From Seison nebaliae (taxonomy: Eukaryota), in NCBI GenBank assembly GCA_023231475.1, contig JALJEE010000954.1, positions 62,001 through 104,044 on the forward strand: 42,044 bases of DNA. Reading direction: 5' to 3'. Within the stretch, counting starts at the first letter, position 1. Every line of letters starts with the position of its first letter. A program made the position numbers and the translations under genes. Of this stretch, positions 14,315-27,269 are shown piece after piece. The notes under the pieces are model-generated. The model did no database searches. It saw only the letters and a list, made by a program, of their open reading frames with translations, and had not been told where the DNA came from.

Positions 14315-14443
14315 TCAGCAAAGTAGTTACTTTATAAGAATTTAAAGATTCATACGAAACTTTATCAAAATTCAATATTTTATCCTAATCTCAAAATCAA
14401 CCAATTTAAATTCGTTTGATTAACGATTGTTATCAAGTATACA

Positions 14444-14761
14444 ATGGATCAATATACTCAAATTTACCGCCATTTCAATGCAGCAGATATAAACAACGAT
14501 GGAATGATATCATTCCAAGAAGCACAAAATTATTTGGGTAATCAAGCGCCAGCTTTCATGAATCAATTCGATTTGAACAATGACGGTCGTGTAAGTTTTG
14601 GTGAATTAGCTGTGGGATTAGTCGGAGGTGGAGGCATGGGTAATCAGATGATGGGTATGAATCCTATGATGGGCGGTGGTATGAATCCGATGATGGGTGG
14701 AATGGGCGGAGGTATGAATCCAATGATGGGAGGTATGGGAGGTATGGGTGGTATGTTTTGA
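14444..14761 (+). CDS. Small two-EF-hand Ca2+-binding protein with Gly/Met-rich C-terminal tail
   Basis: Single exon. It has two canonical 12-residue EF loops, DINNDGMISFQE and DLNNDGRVSFGE, followed by (G)MNPMMGG repeats. Confidence 0.85.
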   Translation: MDQYTQIYRHFNAADINNDGMISFQEAQNYLGNQAPAFMNQFDLNNDGRVSFGELAVGLVGGGGMGNQMMGMNPMMGGGMNPMMGGMGGGMNPMMGGMGGMGGMF

Positions 14762-15782
14762 AAAATATTAATCATTTCTCCACCTCTATCGTCAACAAAA
14801 TCTTTATACAAACTAACTTTTTTTTATTATTTCTATTTTTTTTTATTCAAATTCAAACTATCGAACTTCCTAATAAACAGAACGTCATATTGGATTATAC
14901 TGTCCATTTCATACAGTCTATTATTATCACTTCTAATTAATTATGAAATGTAATTTTTTTGAACGATCATTATACATTCTAACTTTTGCTTCAATTTTGA
15001 CATTTATTTATTTACAGAAACATCATTACAAACATTCATTAAAATTTATTAAATCTCAAATTATAGTAATATTTTTTAAAAAATAAAGTGTTCGTGAACG
15101 AAATGAGAACATTCGTTCGAGCGGTATTGATAAGAACAATCTATTTCGTTCTCGTTCAACTAATTTTCAAAAACCAGACATCACAATTATATTCGAGAAC
15201 AGTCCATTTTTGTTCGTATTCGTGTGAACCACACAAATTTTTTAGTTTCACTCTTTTTACTTTTTTTGAAAAATATACGGCTTCTTTTTAATTAGAAGAA
15301 TAATTAACTAAATTTTATTAAAATAATATAGGAATAGTATAATATACTAGTAATATGTCTATTGATTGTCGTAACATTTTATGATTATAAGATGAATATC
15401 TCTTTATGCTTCCTTTATTATAGGAGAATAGATTGGTATAAATAATTTCTGCTTTAACAGCTTCAAACTTTAAAGTTTTTTATCTTTTCATAACGATCTC
15501 ACTCACGTCATTCATTGTTTCCGTATCGTACGAAAGAAGAATAAAAAAGCATTCTACTTCAAAGAAGAATTCTCAGAAATATTAGAAGAAAAAAAGATAA
15601 TTGGAAAATAAATAAATTTATTGCTCTTAATCTTCCACCAATTAGAATAGGAAACGTATTTTTACAACATTTGAATTCTCGTAGAATATACTGACAATTT
15701 TATTCATTCATATAGAATAGTTTCTAAAAATAATCATTCATTTAAAAAGATTTCAAACAGTAGTTATTCCTTCTCAACTTAC

Positions 15783-16958
15783 TTACAAGACGTCGCTGAT
15801 ATTCTTTGGCATTTGTGTAATTGAGGTGGAGTAATGATTCTGAAGATCGGTCAGTTCTTGCATCTCCTCTTCTACCACAAAATTGATGGCAGTTCCTTTA
15901 CGTCCAAATCGACCACTTCTTCCGATACGATGAATATATGTCTCTCGATTTTTCGGTAGATCATAATTGATAACCAAAGTAACTTGTTGGACATCGATAC
16001 CACGTGAAAGGACGTCGGTTGTAATTAGAATTCGAGATGATCCCGAACGGAATTGATTCATAATTTGTTCACGTTGTTGTTGTGTCATCTCACCGTGCAA
16101 CGAAGAGACGGTGTGTTGTTGTGCCAATAATTCATTAGCGACATATGTCACTTTACGACGTGAATTGCAGAAGATAACGCATTGACTAACTTTCAACGAT
16201 TTGTAAATATCGAAGAGAACTTCTAATTTGAATTCTTCTTTATTAACATTGATATAATATTGACGAATACCTTCCAATGTCAATTGTTCTTTCTTTACCA
16301 TAATTTTGATCGGATTCCGCATAAATTGATTAGTCACTTCCATTACTTGTTCGGGCATTGTAGCAGAAATCAAAACCGTCTGTAACGTTTTTGGTAGAGT
16401 AGCGAAAATTTGCATAATCTGTTCTAAAAATCCTCGTTTCAACATCTCGTCAGCTTCGTCCATGACCAACATATGAATTTTCGATGTGGCGATATGTCGT
16501 CGGGAAATCATGTCGAAAACTCTTCCCGGTGTCCCAGAAATAATTTGTGCGTTTTGACATTTCTGTGCATCATCTGACATATCCGTTCCACCGATACATA
16601 AATGATAAGTCAAATTCAAATGACGACCGAGAGCTGACATAACACGACTATTCTGATCGGCTAATTCTCGAGTTGGAGCTAGAACTAAAGCCTGAGGATG
16701 TTTAACTTCCTCTTTGACACGTTGAAGAATTGCGATACAAAAAGTGGCTGTTTTACCTGTTCCAGATTGAGCTTGCGCAATCACATCAACACCCCGAATA
16801 CATGGCATTATGGCACGTGATTGAATGACAGATGGCTTTTCGAAACCATATCCATAAACTCCACGTGTCAAATCTTCCTTCAAATTCATATCTTTGAAAT
16901 CTTCAACGACATCTACCGTATCGTTCGCTGTATCATCTAATTCAACGTCATTCAACAT
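15783..16958 (-). CDS. eIF4A: DEAD-box RNA helicase eIF4A (intronless)
   Basis: Motifs are the Q motif [60 protein letters not shown] and [15 protein letters not shown]. The protein is 391 aa. Confidence 0.93.
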   Translation of the reverse strand: MLNDVELDDTANDTVDVVEDFKDMNLKEDLTRGVYGYGFEKPSVIQSRAIMPCIRGVDVIAQAQSGTGKTATFCIAILQRVKEEVKHPQALVLAPTRELADQNSRVMSALGRHLNLTYHLCIGGTDMSDDAQKCQNAQIISGTPGRVFDMISRRHIATSKIHMLVMDEADEMLKRGFLEQIMQIFATLPKTLQTVLISATMPEQVMEVTNQFMRNPIKIMVKKEQLTLEGIRQYYINVNKEEFKLEVLFDIYKSLKVSQCVIFCNSRRKVTYVANELLAQQHTVSSLHGEMTQQQREQIMNQFRSGSSRILITTDVLSRGIDVQQVTLVINYDLPKNRETYIHRIGRSGRFGRKGTAINFVVEEEMQELTDLQNHYSTSITQMPKNISDVL

Positions 16959-18257
16959 TTTTTTTTCTGTAAAGTTTGCTGTTAAAAATAGATCTTTAAA
17001 GATTGTAAAAACTTATTATTATGTGTTTACTTTTTAATTTAATTTATGTAGTGTGCTATTTGAATGGAGCTTACTTTTCCATTGAAAAACTTCTTACTCA
17101 TTTCTATTATTTTTAATAATTATATGTGAGAAAAATTTCATTAGTTCGAATAGTCGTTTGATAATGAACTGCGTAATATTAAAAGTTTTTTACTTAAATT
17201 AGTCTGCTCATTTTCAATATTCTGCAAATATTTCATTTATGATATTTATTTAAAAAATTATTCTTGATTCGATTAATGCAATTAATCATAATAAATTAAT
17301 TTAGTGAAGTTAATAATTAATAATCATTAGAATATTCATAATTCAGAGTACCGTTGTTCACGAGATGAAGAAATCTTTAAAATTGATTCAATATTGACTT
17401 ATTTACTCTCTAGGTATGATGATAACGAATAAAATGATAACGAACGAGACCAAAACAGAAATTTGGAAAGAATATAACTAATTTTTGAAATTGTCAAATA
17501 ATATTATTTACGAAAACTGTTTCCATTTAAATTCTAAACTTAATGATTTATGCGTATGATTCAATCTATCTCAATTATGAATATACATCAATTTAATAGA
17601 TATATTTCTATAGTAAGTTGAAAATTATACTTTCACCATATTTCTCATATGAAATATTTTTTGAAAATTATGGTTCAGATTAAGTGAATATACTATTAAC
17701 CATTAAGACTAGTAGACCAGTTTGAAATATTATCATTACGTCCTGAATTGATGTTTTTGGAAAAGATGTAAATTAATGTTTTATGTAAATTTATTTAAAC
17801 GGGAAAAAGTGATAAAAAAAACAATTTTTTAATGATGGGTCAATAATAACGACGTCGTATGCCAATATCCAAATGACGTAATTAGAATGTTGTGTTTTGA
17901 TGTTCCGTTACCTCTAACTATATCTCAATATTTGAGGAGAATATAATCGAGGGGGTTTGTGAGGTATTAGGTATGTCTTATCAAAATTTCCAAAGATTTT
18001 CTATTTCTATGACAAGTTCGTTTCGTGGATGGATGTTTCCTAGTAGGATGTTTACATTTGTTGAAACAAAAGAATATATGGACTTTCAACTTTTAACAAC
18101 ATCATCTGTCAAAGCGTAGTAATTTTATATTTCCTTTTCTCAGATTAATAATGCATGAACCAGTGACCTTCCGATATTGGATCAACACAAATCTAACGCT
18201 ACATTCATCATCGAATTCGTTTGATTTCAATATATTTCATTCTATAATAGATTTGAG

Positions 18258-20235
18258 ATGGAGGTCGATGAAAAATTCAACATTTTAGTTGTAATAGCTG
18301 CCACAGTTTATCCCTCTGATAACTCTCATCGAATAAAATAATAATTCTTCGAATAGATTAGCACCATGATCACTGATGGCATCTCATACAGTTATGGGGT
18401 GTTGCTAATCGTTTTTAAAGATTATTTCAATACATCCACTACAATTTTGACGTTGGTTGGCTCGATTACAGTCAGCGTCTATCTTGGTAGTGGCCCGGTA
18501 GTTGCCATTCTTATCCGGAAATTCAAAACGTGGAAAACATGTTTTCTGGGTGGATTGTTGTTATGTACAGGAACAATTCTGACATTATTCTGTACAAATG
18601 TTCCTATGTTAATAGTTACCCAAATTATTTGTGGTGAGTTTTACCATTTTTCAATTGTCTTATAATTCAGTATTCCATCTATAGGTTTGGGTATCGCATT
18701 CTCTAATTTGACTGCTTTGATTATGGTCGGACTTTGTTTTGAGAAATATCGATCACTAACAACTGGATTAGTAACGGCAGGTTCAGGATTGGGTTGTTCA
18801 TTGTTTGGACCACTCATGGAATATTTCATAAAAGATTTTGGTTGGAAAGGTGCTCAATTATTAATAGCAGGTTAATTTCCTTCATTTTCTCCTTTTATTC
18901 ATTTACTATTGTCAACAGGAATTGCATTGAACTTGTGTGTCGTTGGAATTGTCTTCAAATTATTCACAGAATTGGAAGAGAAGCCAATCGACAAAAAACA
19001 GGAAATGTTTTTTGAATTTTATTTTGAAATTATTTAAACTTCTTTCGTTTATTAGAGAAGAATATGATGAAATTGATTTTGATGATGGTTATGTTAAAAA
19101 TAATGGCACCACAAACTTTTCCCATATTCCAATGGCCGCCATAGCGGATGATGATATTTCTGTTATTTAACGAAAATGCTAAATTAAAATTAACGAATGT
19201 TTTAGACAATGAATAGTAGACACTTTACTTTCCAAATGAGTATGTCTCATCCGAATATCAAAGAAGCGATAAAAGATGAAGGAGTGAAATTTTTGGGTTA
19301 TTCCGATTCAAATTTAAGAAGAATGTTCAACAATTTTTATTCACTTTAAATTAATTATGAGTTATCGAAGGGATTCCGACAAAGTTTCTTTCGTGGATTC
19401 ATTCAGTGTCTATCGATCCGGATGGAACTTGGCTGATTTGGATGATGGCGAATCAAAAGGTTTTTGAATTATTCATATTCTCCCGTTACACTCCACTTAT
19501 TCTCACTACTCTATTATGATAATTAGATACTAATTGTTGGATGATGTTACATAAATTATTGGACATGGGACTGTTCAAAAACGGTGGTTTCCGACGTGTA
19601 TGGTTTAGTCATCTGTTCTCATTCTTCGGATTCTACACGCCATATTTCTTAATAATAAAATATGCGGTAGATCATAACATATCAGACAATAATGCGGCTC
19701 TTCTCTTGTTATGGATTGGAGTGACGAATATAGCCGGTCGAATAATTTCCGGTTTTCTTTGTAATATCTTTCGAGGGAAAACGGCAATCATTAATGGAAT
19801 TGGTCTACTAATCGCTGGTATTGCAACATGTTGTCTACCATTGAGTGCTAACTATATTTGGTTATGTTGTTATTCGTTTTTATTCGGATTCTTTTCAGGT
19901 ATTAATTTGCTTTTTAATTTAAATCTCAATATCTAATTGTTAGCATTCCACGTGACATTATGTACGGTGTTGTTAGTCGAATCAGTGGGAGTTAATCGTT
20001 TAACCAATTCATTTGGATTAGTTTGTTTAGCTCGTGGTATAACCGTTCTGATCGGTCCTTACGTCACAGGTATATGATTTAATTTAGACAAATTCAAATA
20101 ATACCATTATCGACAGGTAGTATATCGGATTGGATCGGTCGAGAATATTTTACGTTCATCATATCTGGCATATTCTTAACAATCGGAGGTGTTATCATTA
20201 TGTTGCCGAAAATCCAATTACATAGATCAAAATAA
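18258..20235 (+). CDS. Monocarboxylate transporter-like MFS protein (SLC16 family)
   Basis: Ten exons: 18258-18305, 18357-18633, 18685-18870, 18919-19006, 19056-19161, 19206-19324, 19371-19459, 19527-19898, 19944-20069 and 20117-20235. Motifs are DGISYSYGV, FEKYRSLTTGLVTAGSGLG, FGWKGAQL, a large central loop, GRIISG and GVNRLTNSFG. There are about 12 hydrophobic segments. Confidence 0.88.
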
Positions 20236-20762
20236 TTAAGCAAATTTCCAATTATTTCATCCATATTTATTTATCCTATCTTCTTCAATTAAAATATCGA
20301 TTATTATCAATAACCATTGATCAGTTGATTGGATGGAAATGTGAATAATGAGATTTTTTTACTGTGAGAAAGGAAATTATAAATATATGTTAATAAATAA
20401 ATAAATTTTTTTTGGAATTCGATTGAATTTGGAGCTTGTCCAAATTTGTCAATGTCTTCTATTCTACTTTAATTAACTGATTAATAATCCCCTTTTGATT
20501 TACTTATCATTTGATTCGTTACATAACAACTTGAATTTAAATAAATCTTTTTTCTGTTGAATAATCTTTCATTTATCATCATCTGACTATTATCTGATTG
20601 TCCTTCTTTCTCTCTTTCTCTTCTTTTGATGATACTAATAATAATTGTCGATTAATTTCAACAAGTCTGTAATAACAGTACATAGTCTTTTCCGATAAAA
20701 TTATGGAGATTTTTAATGATTCTTAAATTCATTCAATTCACTCCATACCACACCAATCACCA

Positions 20763-23699
20763 ATGGAAGAACAGAAGAGGAAACGTTTCAGTATTCAAGA
20801 ACGTGTCAGTTATTTCGAACATATCCAGGTAGATCCTGGAAACGTACCGGAGACATGTCCAGCGGAACCATTCTCGTCACCACCGTCCCCTTCCGATGAT
20901 CTACTGTCGACCAATTCGTCGTTCTCCAAAAATCTACCAAAATCACCCATCATTTCATCATCTTTAATATTTCCATCATCAACGTCATCATCGTTGATTC
21001 GTTCGTCAACTACATCAATTTCATCCTCATTAAAATTTCCATTAACCGCATCAATTTCGTCCTCATTAAAAATTCGTTCGACAATATCACCACCACCAAG
21101 ACCGAAATCACCAGCGGTGAAATATTCCCAATCATCCTTAAAATTCCCGTCGCCAACATTGAAAAATAAACAAAACGTTTCACTAACAAGGAATTCGGGT
21201 GGAGGAAATTATGAGAATCATTCATCATCATCATCATCATCGTCGTCATTTTTGAATTTAAAGGAGATACAAAAAATTCCTCCCGAAACAATTGGAGAGA
21301 AGAATAACATCTCTTTCTATCGTATTAAGAAACAGTTCGAAAGTTCAACTGATACAAATGAAGCGGCTTCTTTTCTCTCATTAACTCGAACAACAACAAC
21401 AACAACATCATCATCATCATTAGTTAAGAAGAAATTTCCACCAGTACCGCCACGACCATCCAAGAAGATATTAGAAGAGGCAATTTGTCGTTATAAATCG
21501 AACGAAAGAAATTTTTCAAATTTTCTCCATTTAAATTATCGTCGTTCAAGTCATACAGTACGAATTGATGAGAATCATCGAGATTATGATGAAGTACTTT
21601 ATCAGTCAAGTATGAATGACGACCATTCAACGGATGGGAGTGAAGCGAATTCATCGGACGAGAATGAACAATCAGAAAAGAAAATGATCAATCGTCAATC
21701 AAATGAAATTATTATTCCACATAAATTATGTTTGAAGGGATTGATCGTTATAAAGAATTGTGTCATCGAATTATTCAGTTTAGAGAAGAGTCTCTATAGC
21801 ATGTTAATTCATTTAGGATTGAAAGTGGAATTACTTCATAAAGGAATTGAACAATTCAAAGAATCGACATCATCTGAATCATTGAAATTAGATACGACTT
21901 ATGGTAATCTTTATGCGACATTGCCACCATTAAAGGAAGTACATCTGACAGTTTTGGAGGATATGAAGAAAATTATGACAATGATATTTGGAGACGAAGA
22001 AATTTATTTTCTTAATATGACTGGAAAAGAAACGGAGAAGAATGACAAATATGACAATCAACGTGAGAAATTTGATGGAATGATCGAAAAGAATGAAATC
22101 GACGTTATGAATATGATTCGAATGATATTGGAAATGTATCGATCACATTTCAATTTATTGAATTTCCATTCATCATATGCTTCGTCTATTTCCATCGATA
22201 ATGATCGAATAAAAAATTTATTTGAACTCATCAAACCAAAAACGTCATTGGAAGCAGAAACGTTAAAGAAGATTGTGAATGATTTATTCGAATTACATCT
22301 GTATGAGATGAATATGCCAACACAACGGTTATGTCAATTCCGAGATCATATTCGTCGAATAAAAACGGTTTTATTGAAACATCAGGAATCATTAAAAACT
22401 GAATCGTCCATAAACATCGATTGTAAATGTCGAGATTGTGAAGATGTCAATTATTTGACATATCTTTGTGGTATTTGTTATGATAGTTTCGAAATGATGG
22501 TACGGAAAGCAGACGAAGAGATCAAAAGAAGAGATAATTTCAAAGAATTAATCGCATTAGATAATAGACTCACATCAAATTCTTTCTTTCCTTTATGTAG
22601 TTCAACGACAAGATTTATCGTATTTGAAGAAGTTCTCTTCAAATTGACACGTCGTCGAGGTGAACAACGTGAACGTGTAATGATTTTATTAAATGACATC
22701 ATTCTACTTTGTCGAAAGATCACCGGTTTATGGTCGATGGATGATGGCCAATCAATTTTACAGAGACGAAAAGTTATTTGGTTAAAAGATACGGAAATAA
22801 AAGATATTGGAAAACTTCATTTCGTTTTACGTGGTCGTAACGTCAATTTGACGATGTTAGCCGTTGATGCTGAACAAAAAATGAAAATAATTACAGAAAT
22901 CGAGAAATATATCAATCTTGCAAAAGGAGATAATGGAAATAATATAAAGAAAGAGAAATTAACCACATCTATTTCGGCTCATGACAGATTTGATGACGAC
23001 AAATCGACGAAATTTAATCCCACCGCAACTTTAACGAAAGAGAATGAAATGCAGTTGGAAAGTGAATTGAAACATTTATTGTCTGAAATGGAGAAATTTC
23101 AATTGTCCATCGATAATCTCCATAGCGATCAAACGTCAACAAGTAACGAGACGGGAACAAATCAGAACAATCAGAAAACAGCAAAAAATAAATCGATTCG
23201 TGGAAAAAAACGACGAACGTCGACGTTGACGAATGTGGAGAAGATAAATGATTTGTGTCAAATCGATCAATTAAAAACACAATTCAAATTATTCTGCTCC
23301 ACACTCAACATCGAACGGTTGGAAGATAATGAAAAGATTGTGAATATGAATAAAATCATTTTTTCTGTACCGATGGAACCGTTTTCAGAAATTGGTTATT
23401 TTGAACCTCGATGGATAAAAGATCAATATTCTGATCGTTGTATGAGATGTTCCGATAAATTTTCATTAACTAAACGAAGACATCATTGCAGGTTTATTTT
23501 CAATATTCAAATGATTTGTATTCTCCTCTTATTTAGATCCTGTGGATATTTAATTTGTGCAGATTGTGAAGTGTTAGATGAGAAGCCGTTACCGTTCGAT
23601 GAAATGAGTAAAGGAAAAACTGATTTGAAGAGATGTAAATTATGTTACTACGTATTGAAGTGCCGAAGGATCCTAGAGACTTTGGGTCATAAATTTTAA
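20763..23699 (+). CDS. FGD-like protein: Ser/Pro-rich N-terminus, divergent DH (RhoGEF)-like region, PH domain, FYVE finger
   Basis: Exons are 20763-23491 and 23537-23699. Removing the in-frame 45-nt intron 23492-23536 restores FYVE WIKD..CMRC..FSLTKRRHHCR|SCGYLICADC...CKLC. The PH signature is EEVLFKLTRRRGEQRERVMILLNDIILLC. DH-like remnants are ELFSLEKS and MPTQRLCQF. Confidence 0.72.
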   Translation: MEEQKRKRFSIQERVSYFEHIQVDPGNVPETCPAEPFSSPPSPSDDLLSTNSSFSKNLPKSPIISSSLIFPSSTSSSLIRSSTTSISSSLKFPLTASISSSLKIRSTISPPPRPKSPAVKYSQSSLKFPSPTLKNKQNVSLTRNSGGGNYENHSSSSSSSSSFLNLKEIQKIPPETIGEKNNISFYRIKKQFESSTDTNEAASFLSLTRTTTTTTSSSSLVKKKFPPVPPRPSKKILEEAICRYKSNERNFSNFLHLNYRRSSHTVRIDENHRDYDEVLYQSSMNDDHSTDGSEANSSDENEQSEKKMINRQSNEIIIPHKLCLKGLIVIKNCVIELFSLEKSLYSMLIHLGLKVELLHKGIEQFKESTSSESLKLDTTYGNLYATLPPLKEVHLTVLEDMKKIMTMIFGDEEIYFLNMTGKETEKNDKYDNQREKFDGMIEKNEIDVMNMIRMILEMYRSHFNLLNFHSSYASSISIDNDRIKNLFELIKPKTSLEAETLKKIVNDLFELHLYEMNMPTQRLCQFRDHIRRIKTVLLKHQESLKTESSINIDCKCRDCEDVNYLTYLCGICYDSFEMMVRKADEEIKRRDNFKELIALDNRLTSNSFFPLCSSTTRFIVFEEVLFKLTRRRGEQRERVMILLNDIILLCRKITGLWSMDDGQSILQRRKVIWLKDTEIKDIGKLHFVLRGRNVNLTMLAVDAEQKMKIITEIEKYINLAKGDNGNNIKKEKLTTSISAHDRFDDDKSTKFNPTATLTKENEMQLESELKHLLSEMEKFQLSIDNLHSDQTSTSNETGTNQNNQKTAKNKSIRGKKRRTSTLTNVEKINDLCQIDQLKTQFKLFCSTLNIERLEDNEKIVNMNKIIFSVPMEPFSEIGYFEPRWIKDQYSDRCMRCSDKFSLTKRRHHCRFIFNIQMICILLLFRSCGYLICADCEVLDEKPLPFDEMSKGKTDLKRCKLCYYVLKCRRILETLGHKF

Positions 23700-24470
23700 C
23701 TTTTTCTTTTTAGTTAATTTCCGGTGTTAATTTCGAAAAACCTTTCTATTTCTTTCAATTGCGTATTCAATTCCGATCATCTTACCTAAAATTATTTATT
23801 TATGTGCTAATTCATAACTTTAAATAAATTTTCTTAATTCTATTTTTTATAATATTCTTCGGTGTCATACACATACAAATTTTTTTGATCAACCTCGGTC
23901 GAGTTAGTCTGGAAACGTTTAAATTATTAATCTCATTTATTATATTATTAGTAAAAGTTTATCGATTATTTAAGTATTTGTTACAATTATTAAGAATGGT
24001 TAACATTAGCTGAAAACAATTTTTAAAATTAGCAACTAACAACATTAACAAAAAAGTTCTAACATGCTGATGCAGTTCGCCAACCTTGTAATTGTGAAGT
24101 CGTAGTTCAAAGAAAATGGAATGATGTTTGTATGTTAGTTGAAATACAGATAGAAGACGGTCGCAGAAGAAATATAAGCACAAAAAGGGGGACATTGATA
24201 TTGCTTGATTTGGAGAAGTTTTTGACAGTTATTGAAGTACGGAATTACTTCTTTCGAATAATTTGCTAACATTACAAATAAACACTTACTTCCTATTTTC
24301 AAAAAAGGCATTTCAAGTTTTCAAATTTTCGAAGTTTTAAAATTTGAAAATTTCAATAATTTACTCTGAAATCAATTAAAAAATTTCAAGAAATCTTAGA
24401 AGTTTCGCAATCTAACAATAGTTCACAAGTTGTCAGTTCAAACAAGATTGAACAAAACATATTTTTTCAA

Positions 24471-25915
24471 ATGTCCAATGGAACAGCAGATCCCGTGAAT
24501 GTAGCTAATGGAAAATGGACATTACGTGTGTCGAATTTAAGCGACAATGTAAAAGAGACTGAACTTTACAAAATCTTTGACCAATATGGTTCACCGGAGT
24601 CGGTACGATTATGTCGCAATTCAGACGATAAAACATTATGTTATGGTTATGTCAATTATTTATCGGAATCAGAAGGTTCTTCTTCTTTTTCTTAATGTTT
24701 CCTTTTCACTTTTTTTCCAGCAAGCGAAGCAATGTTTTCCCTCAATTTCACAGTTCACCACGGAAAAGAAATTCGGATAGTGTGGAATCAACCTAACCAT
24801 CAAATCCGCAACAATGAAATTGGGAACTTGATGGTCCGAAACTTATCCAAAACGATGACCAATCTCGAATTATACCATATGTTTAGAAAGTTCGGTACCA
24901 TCATGTCCTGTCGTATTATGATGAATAAGAACAATGAATCTTGTGGTTACGGATATGTTCAATATCGAGAGGAGGAAGATGCGAATAAGGTAATCGAGAG
25001 GTTCAATGGAAAGACAATTGATAAATTTACGATAAATGTTTCGAAGTTCATTCCGAAAGAAAAGAGAAAAACTGACGAGAATCATTTCACTAATGTTTAT
25101 GTGAAGAATTTTGAGGAAGCTTTAGATAGTGAGAGTCTCGCTAAATTATTCTCCAAATTCGGTCCCATCGAAAGAACTAAAGTCATGACAGATGATGAGG
25201 GCCGAAGTAAAGGATTTGGTTTTGTTTCTTTCAAGAAATGGGAAAGTGCCAAAGAGGCAGTGGAGAAAATGAATAAATATATTTTGGAAGTTAGAGATAC
25301 GACAACAGAGAACAACCGACCAATAGTGCATGAATTGTTCGTTTGCAAAGCGATGAAGAAAGCTCATCGCAAAGTGATGTTGGAGAAAGAACATGATAAA
25401 TTGAAAGATAATGGAATAACTTTATTGGTGAGATACATAAATGAACAGGTCACTCAGAAACAGGTGGAGGATTATTTCTCGAAAATTGGTAAAGTGAGTT
25501 CGGTAAAAGTTCAAATGGATCCGAATACCAAGATGCAAAATGGTTTCATTGTTTACGAGAATCGAAAGGACGCATTTAATGCAATGAAACAGCTACATAA
25601 CTCTGATTTGGGAGGGAGTAAAATTAACATCACCGTTCTAGAATTTGAGGAAATGAACAAACTGATCCGAGAACAACAGATGATGTATCGACGACCATCA
25701 TATTGTCGGAACGGCAATGTACGAGTCTCCAATACACGGCCACAATGTTAGACATCCATTTTGTATTTTAAATTAATGATTTCTTATGGTTAGACGCCAC
25801 ACCTCAGAACGATGAAGCTTTCCAAAGACTCCTCCCGATGAGGATCAACAGTCCAAATACGTCGTTAATATCGCATGGCAAGCCACGCGAATCTAGTCAA
25901 AAACAAATTACTTGA
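24471..25915 (+). CDS. Polyadenylate-binding protein (PABPC)-like, four RRMs, no MLLE domain
   Basis: Exons are 24471-24675, 24721-25746 and probably 25794-25915. RRM1 is LRVSNL..LCYGYVNY..IRIVWNQ, RRM2 is GNLMVRNL..FGTIMSC..GYGYVQY, RRM3 is FTNVYVKNF..SKGFGFVSF, and RRM4 is divergent. The last exon is less certain (alternative stop at 25751). Confidence 0.82.
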
Positions 25916-27269
25916 AAGAATTGAACATTTTTATTTGGAATAAAACTCCATTTGTTGTGATCGAGAAACGTTGTTGGGAATTACTAAAAGTTAAACGACA
26001 TTGATTACAAGACAATTCAAGTACGACATAAGATTGATGACTATTCTATCAAATATAATTTGACAACAATCTTACTATAATCGTATTAATATGTAGTAAT
26101 AATATGTACTTTATTAGTCAGCACACTCTTAGCTCAACTTGATGATGCTAGAAGAATTATTGAAGATTTGGTTAGAAAAGATAATATCACAATCATCTAA
26201 TCGAACGTTGTATAATGCAACATGACACATGTTCACTTATGAACTTACACTTGTTAGTCAAACGTTTTAGAAGCAACAATAAAGCAAAAGATGAATAAGA
26301 TTTCAGAGTAAATAATTCAGCTAGTGTTTCAGTCGTTCTTGATAAATAGATAGATCTTGTCGGATTGCTACTGACGAAAGTTTTTCCACTTTCGAATAAT
26401 GAAGTTTTAACAGAACTCCACAATTTGTTTGCTTTGAACGGCTATTCACCATAATATTGTTGTATGATAAGAGTGTACGTAAATTTTATGTGATAATATG
26501 AAGAAACAGTAAACTCTCTGCCTCGTTATTTAACACATACATTAAGTAAATCATTAAGTAGACAATATCTATTAACAATACTGGAATCTATTAATTCAAA
26601 CCGAATTTCCGGTTCCATCCTTCCATCAATATGAGATATTTTTCTTTCCTATCAACTTCTTTTCTAATTACTATTTGTTAACAAAGTCAAGTACGTAAAA
26701 AACCTAGCAAACTTTATAAAGGGTTACAATCTGTCCGATTCCAATGAGAATTGTCATTTTTCACAAGTGTTTATATTATCATAGTATAAAGTCTATAGGG
26801 ACGAGAGATGTCTATACTATATCCATCGGAATAGGGAAGAGTTAAGGCATTCTTCTACGCAAGTTTATAAAAAGAATTTATTAAAAATAATTGAAAGAAA
26901 TAAATAAAATTTACTTTCGAACTATATCAAGGGAGAAATGATGGTAATTAGTAGTTTTATCACTGGATTAATCTCGGTATAATGGTAAAATTTTAGAAAA
27001 GGAATGACATAATTCCTTTCGAATAATACTTTTTTTCTAAAGGAAACAGATGGAAAAACGGAGTAGAATGGGAACGAGAAAAAATTATAAAACTTAACAA
27101 ATTTGAAAAAGGATTAAATTATTGTTAAAATATCAACGAACGGGAGGGAAATGGAGACGATAGTCGATAACAGACGATACATTCAAGATTAAATTTGATA
27201 TATTGAAATACGAAATTTAAATTAAATTTTAATCGAAAATAAATAAAATTATTTGATTGAATGATTGAA

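Noticed and set aside
14640..14757. GGM tail suggesting an Hsp60/GroEL fragment
   Set aside because: There is no chaperonin domain; the tail is attached to EF-hands.
25920..27260. Possible gene or transposase remnant (ORF 26193-26423) between PABP-like and PI4KA
   Set aside because: It has a non-ATG start, no recognisable motif and no consistent splice model.
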